From Squalus acanthias (lineage: Eukaryota): a stretch of DNA of 64,000 bases. Shown here in pieces: positions 60,092 to 64,000 of the stretch (the stretch's first letter is position 1; each line of letters starts with the position of its first letter). Position numbers and translations under genes: made by a program. Where the stretch lies: NCBI GenBank assembly GCA_030390025.1, contig CM059425.1, positions 173,602,001-173,666,000 of the forward strand. Reading direction: 5' to 3'. The notes below the pieces were generated by a model, which worked only from the letters and a program-made list of their open reading frames with translations, did no database searches and was not told the origin of the DNA.

Positions 60092-60581
60092 AGACCGAGG
60101 ACACAGGCTGACTCCCTATAGTTAGGAAAATATCTGGTCTGAGTGTGGATAAGGTGAAACCCTGTGGGCAGGGATGTGAGACTGCAGTATGCCACCAGGT
60201 GAAGCAAATAAATTGAACCAAGAGCCAAGAACATTGTTGTCAAATAAAAGAAATGTGTACATGGACAGATGCAGATGTTAAGGGTGGTCTCAATTTACAT
60301 GGGAGAAATTAGAAGATCTATAAAGAATGCAGTAGGAGTGAAAGCATGATCCTGGACACAATATTGGATTGTTACAAGAAGCAATTAATCAAAAGAACTC
60401 ACATGAGCTGGGCACTATTGGACCTGATATTAATAGCCAGGAGATGGTAGAACAGAGTCAGAGAATACTTTTGCGGGGGAGGGGGGAAAGCCTTGGAAAG
60501 TTTTGGTGGGGAAAGCCTCGCTTGAGAGTAATTTACCCGTTTTTTAAAAATGACTATAAATGTATTCTATTTCATGGCCAG

Positions 60582-60702
60582 GTCTGGATTTTTGATGCTC
60601 CAGGAGGTGGAGGTCGCCTTTTACGATGCCGTACGGGACACAGTGCCCCTCCAACCAAAATAAAATATCATGGATCTGATGGACAAAATATTCTTAGCTC
60701 TG
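60582..60702 (+). CDS. WDR36: WDR36 coding exon (exon 9 equivalent), VWIFDAPGGGGRLLRCRTGHSAPPTKIKYHGSDGQNILSS
   Basis: ggccag|GTC...CTCTG|gtaaga; 121 nt; lies within ORF 60369..60797; resembles human IWIFDGPTGEGRLLRFRMGHSAP (recalled). Confidence 0.96.
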
Positions 60703-61719
60703 GTAAGAACAACATTTTCTTGCATATGTTACTGCTTGGTCTTCAGTTATCTGATTGTATGGAAATAAATCTCCACTTTGTGGTTTTGACAGAATAAACC
60801 TCACTTAAATGTAATAAAAATAAAACTGCTGTATATTCCATAGAAGAAAATACATTTGACTTGATGTTCATTACCCCCTGCCCTGATGTAAGCTATTCTG
60901 CATACATCTACATTATCTGGTGAATTGCAAACTCGTTGTAAAAGATCATGCATCGCTTGTTTCTCCATGGCATTGGGAAACTAGGCAATCTTCTGCCAAT
61001 GCATTCTTTACTTTTCCAATACATGTGGAGAACAATATTATTCAAATGAGCATGTACAGATGAAAGAGCCAAGGAGAGTTCAAAATATTGTCTGATGTAG
61101 CCAAAGTGGCAAAATGTATGTGAAATTTGAAGTCTGAGGAACACAAGATTATCGCCACACTGAAAAGAATCAAAAATATAGGGCTTGTATGCTTGTCCTT
61201 TTCACCATCCTTCTGTCATAGTAACATGTTTTGGTCTCGAGATTCTCAAATCAGAATTGGGCAAAATGTAATTCCCATTTTTAAAAAGCAGGTTATTCTG
61301 GGTGGGGAGGGATTCTATTTGCCTCTAATTTAACTGTTCTGGATCTCATTTCTCCTGAAGTGTCTTAAAATAATGCTCTGAAGACAATTGCAAGTAAGTT
61401 GGAGCATTTTCTAAAGTCCCAAAGGATAAAAAATTAAACTGAATGTACAAACTAAACAGTGGCAAATGTTAGTGGTGCTGTTTGGATTTTTTTAAGATGC
61501 AATTGAGGCTTTGAATTCTGTTTTTAGTCCCAGTAGCGCTTGTAATACCATACCTTCTAAAATCATTACAGTATACAAGAGCACTAATTGACATGAATGC
61601 TACCCAAGATTCACAACAGCAGCAGTTTACCTTTTTTTTAATAGGTAATCCTGCTTTAACAGCAAAAGCAAAGCATGTAGATTTGTGACTCAAAATCCAA
61701 TGCTCATCTGGGCATTATT

Positions 61720-62660
61720 TTATAGAATTTTACAGTATGCAGGATGCTGCTCAGCCCATTGTGCCTGCGCTAGCTCTTAACTATCCACTTAGTCCCTTTT
61801 GTGCTTTCCCTATGTCCTTTTAAGTTTTTCATTTTCAAGTATTTAACTACTGCCAATTTTATGGATTCTGCTTCTACCACTGTTTCTGGTAGCATATTTC
61901 ATGTGCTAACAACCTTCTGCATAAAAATATTTCTCCTAACCTTTGTGTTCTTTTGTTGGTCTTAAATTTATGGCCTCAGTGATAATAGTTTGTCCATATT
62001 TGTTACTAAAAGCTCTCAATTTTGAACGCCATTATCAGATCTCCTATTAATCTCTATTAGTGAAAAGAGGTACAGTTTGTCTAGTCTTTTTTGGTTATAG
62101 CTTTATCAACTTGCCCACTCATTTTTAAAGATTAATGTATCTGAACTGCTAAGTCTCTCTGCACTTCTACTTTTAACGTTTTATCATTTTGTGTATTTTC
62201 CTCTTATTCTTCTCTGAAAATGGATTATCTCACATTTCTCTGCATTAAATCTCATCTGACATTTATCTGGCCAAACTATTAACCTGTCTATATCCTACAT
62301 AGGATTGCATACATAGAATATACAGCACAGAAACAGGCCATGCTGCACTTTTATGCTCCACTCGAGCCTCCTCACGTCTTTCCTCATCTAAATCGATCAG
62401 CATAACCCTCTATTCCCTTCTCCCTCATATGCAATGCATCTATACTTTTCGCTTCAACCATCCCTGTGGTAGCGAGTTCCACATTCTCACCACTCTGGGT
62501 AAAGAAGTTTCTTCTGAATTCCCTATTGGATTTCTTGGTGACTATCTTGTATTGATGGCCTCTAGTTATGCTCTTCCCCACAAGTGGAAACATTCTCTCT
62601 GTATCCACTCTTTCATAATTTTAAAGACTTCTATTAGGTCACCCCTCAGCCTTTTTTCTT
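61720..62660 (-). mobile_element. Two CR1 3' fragments (old 61720-62300; 62310-62660 from the same family as 9488-9878)
   Basis: catagaatatacagcacagaaacagg tail; RMFPLVGKSITRGHQYKI. Confidence 0.75.
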
Positions 62661-63334
62661 ATGGTTTTATAGCCAGTCCCACAGGTGCATCGTTGACCAG
62701 GGAGGAAGTCGGTCTCACAGTCCTCCACCTGGCTGTGGGCATAGAGAAACTAAGGTGACATGTGGCAAACAGAGTTTAAATAAGAGTTTCTTTAGTGTTG
62801 ACCCAAGGTCAGGAGGTGGAAGCTAAAAATACAGGTAGTCAGTTTTTGCAGTTAGAAGTAGTCTGAAAGAAAGGTAATGCCAAAAACAAGCAAGTCAGTC
62901 CACAAAAGAGATAGGATGGATAATTATTTATTCTAGGAGAGAAGCGAGATTGAGTTAAGAAAGTGGAATTTGCTTTGACTGTTGCTCTGTATGTTCACTT
63001 GCTGTCTGTGCAATAAAACAGCTTAACGATTTATATCAGGAATTTGCCAGTAGACCTATCAATAAAACTGGCTACTTCTCACTTGAGTTGGCAGGTTTAA
63101 AGATAACATCTCCTGCTGTTCTCAAAATAAATGGAGTACATTCTAGTTAATGGAACAAGACAGTTGTGATGTTCCACACATTGGCCCATCTGATTGTAAA
63201 ACAAATCTTAGATGCCTGCAACTTGCGCCTTTTTAAAAAATATACCTGTGTCAATTCACTGTTTTAAAACACAACACTTAAATATAACTCAATCCCAAAG
63301 TCCTTCCATGAAGAAAACATTATAAAGTGCCTAT

Positions 63335-63600
63335 CACATTTTGGGATTTTTATCGAATGCTTTTTGAAAATCTGCTCACCTTTTACGAAGCTGTACTGGC
63401 TATCCTTGATTAACCCATGTTTTTCTAAGCGAGTATTCATTTTATACTGTATTATGATCTCTACAAGCTTGCCCACTTCCACTGTTAAGCTGGTTGGTCT
63501 ATAGTTCCCCAGTTTATTCCTGTCCCCCATCTTGAACACAGACATGACATTGCCAAACCTCCAGTCCTCTGACACAGCTTTTATATTCAAGGATGTTATC
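63335..63600 (-). mobile_element. CR1 RT fragment
   Basis: EDWRFGNV..FK.GDRNKLGNYRPTSLT..VGK..DSQYSFVKG. Confidence 0.8.
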
Positions 63601-64000
63601 AGGACCAGATGGAGTTTCCACTTTTGGGTGCCACCAACCTCTTCAGTACTACTTGTATGTTTATAGTTATCCTGTCTAAATTACTTATCTCTTCCTCTTG
63701 TACTCTTCCATTTCATTTCTACTACCATACTTTTTTTTGCAAAACTTAATCTTCATGCTTTTTTTGCGAATTTATTTACATATTTCATCCTCTCTGGATT
63801 GTCCCAACTGTATTTCATGAACTTAGAGACTGTTGCAAAAAAGTTAATCAAAGTAAAAATATAAGAAAAGCCAAATGAAACCCACTCACAATCACTTGTG
63901 AAGCATAATCATAAAGCAATCTTTCTCATGGACAAGAACATATCAGATTATTGGTTTACATCACTAACCTGCCTTTCATGTCCACTATTTTTTTTAAATT

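Noticed and set aside
58855..60243. Long ORFs of 261-418 aa (SL, ER and poly-P repeats) on both strands
   Set aside because: Translations of a stop-free microsatellite; no domain content.

Overview
Eukaryotic vertebrate DNA, most likely a cartilaginous fish (shark or ray), inferred from the V-SINE/DeuSINE types and CR1/L2 LINE families. The window lies inside one host gene, WDR36 (UTP21, SSU processome WD40 protein), on the + strand. Eight GT-AG exons (2500-2527, 6393-6493, 26706-26823, 27718-27850, 30139-30193, 33151-33283, 40984-41159, 60582-60702; 865 nt) splice into one open frame that matches my recollection of human exons 2-9; exon 1 and the 3' exons are outside the window. Introns are dominated by transposable elements. 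These include many CR1 LINEs (one with an uninterrupted 964-codon APE-RT ORF2, one full-length with a Zn-finger/SGNH-esterase ORF1), L2 LINEs, SINEs, three PIF/Harbinger-type MITEs, a Tc1/pogo-type MITE, a decayed two-gene Harbinger transposon (Myb/SANT plus DDE transposase) and a 1.1 kb pyrimidine microsatellite. Nearly all other ORFs in the track are TE fragments, antisense shadows or low-complexity artefacts. I found no clearly new biological system. The best leads are: (1) two near-identical MITEs in inverted orientation that bracket exons 2+3 (129 nt, in frame); (2) a candidate poison exon inside the sense MITE; (3) a young CR1 with a doubled 3' stem-loop tail; (4) a four-level TE nest with readable target-site duplications. 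TE boundaries without a stated TSD are approximate, and identities are by-eye estimates.
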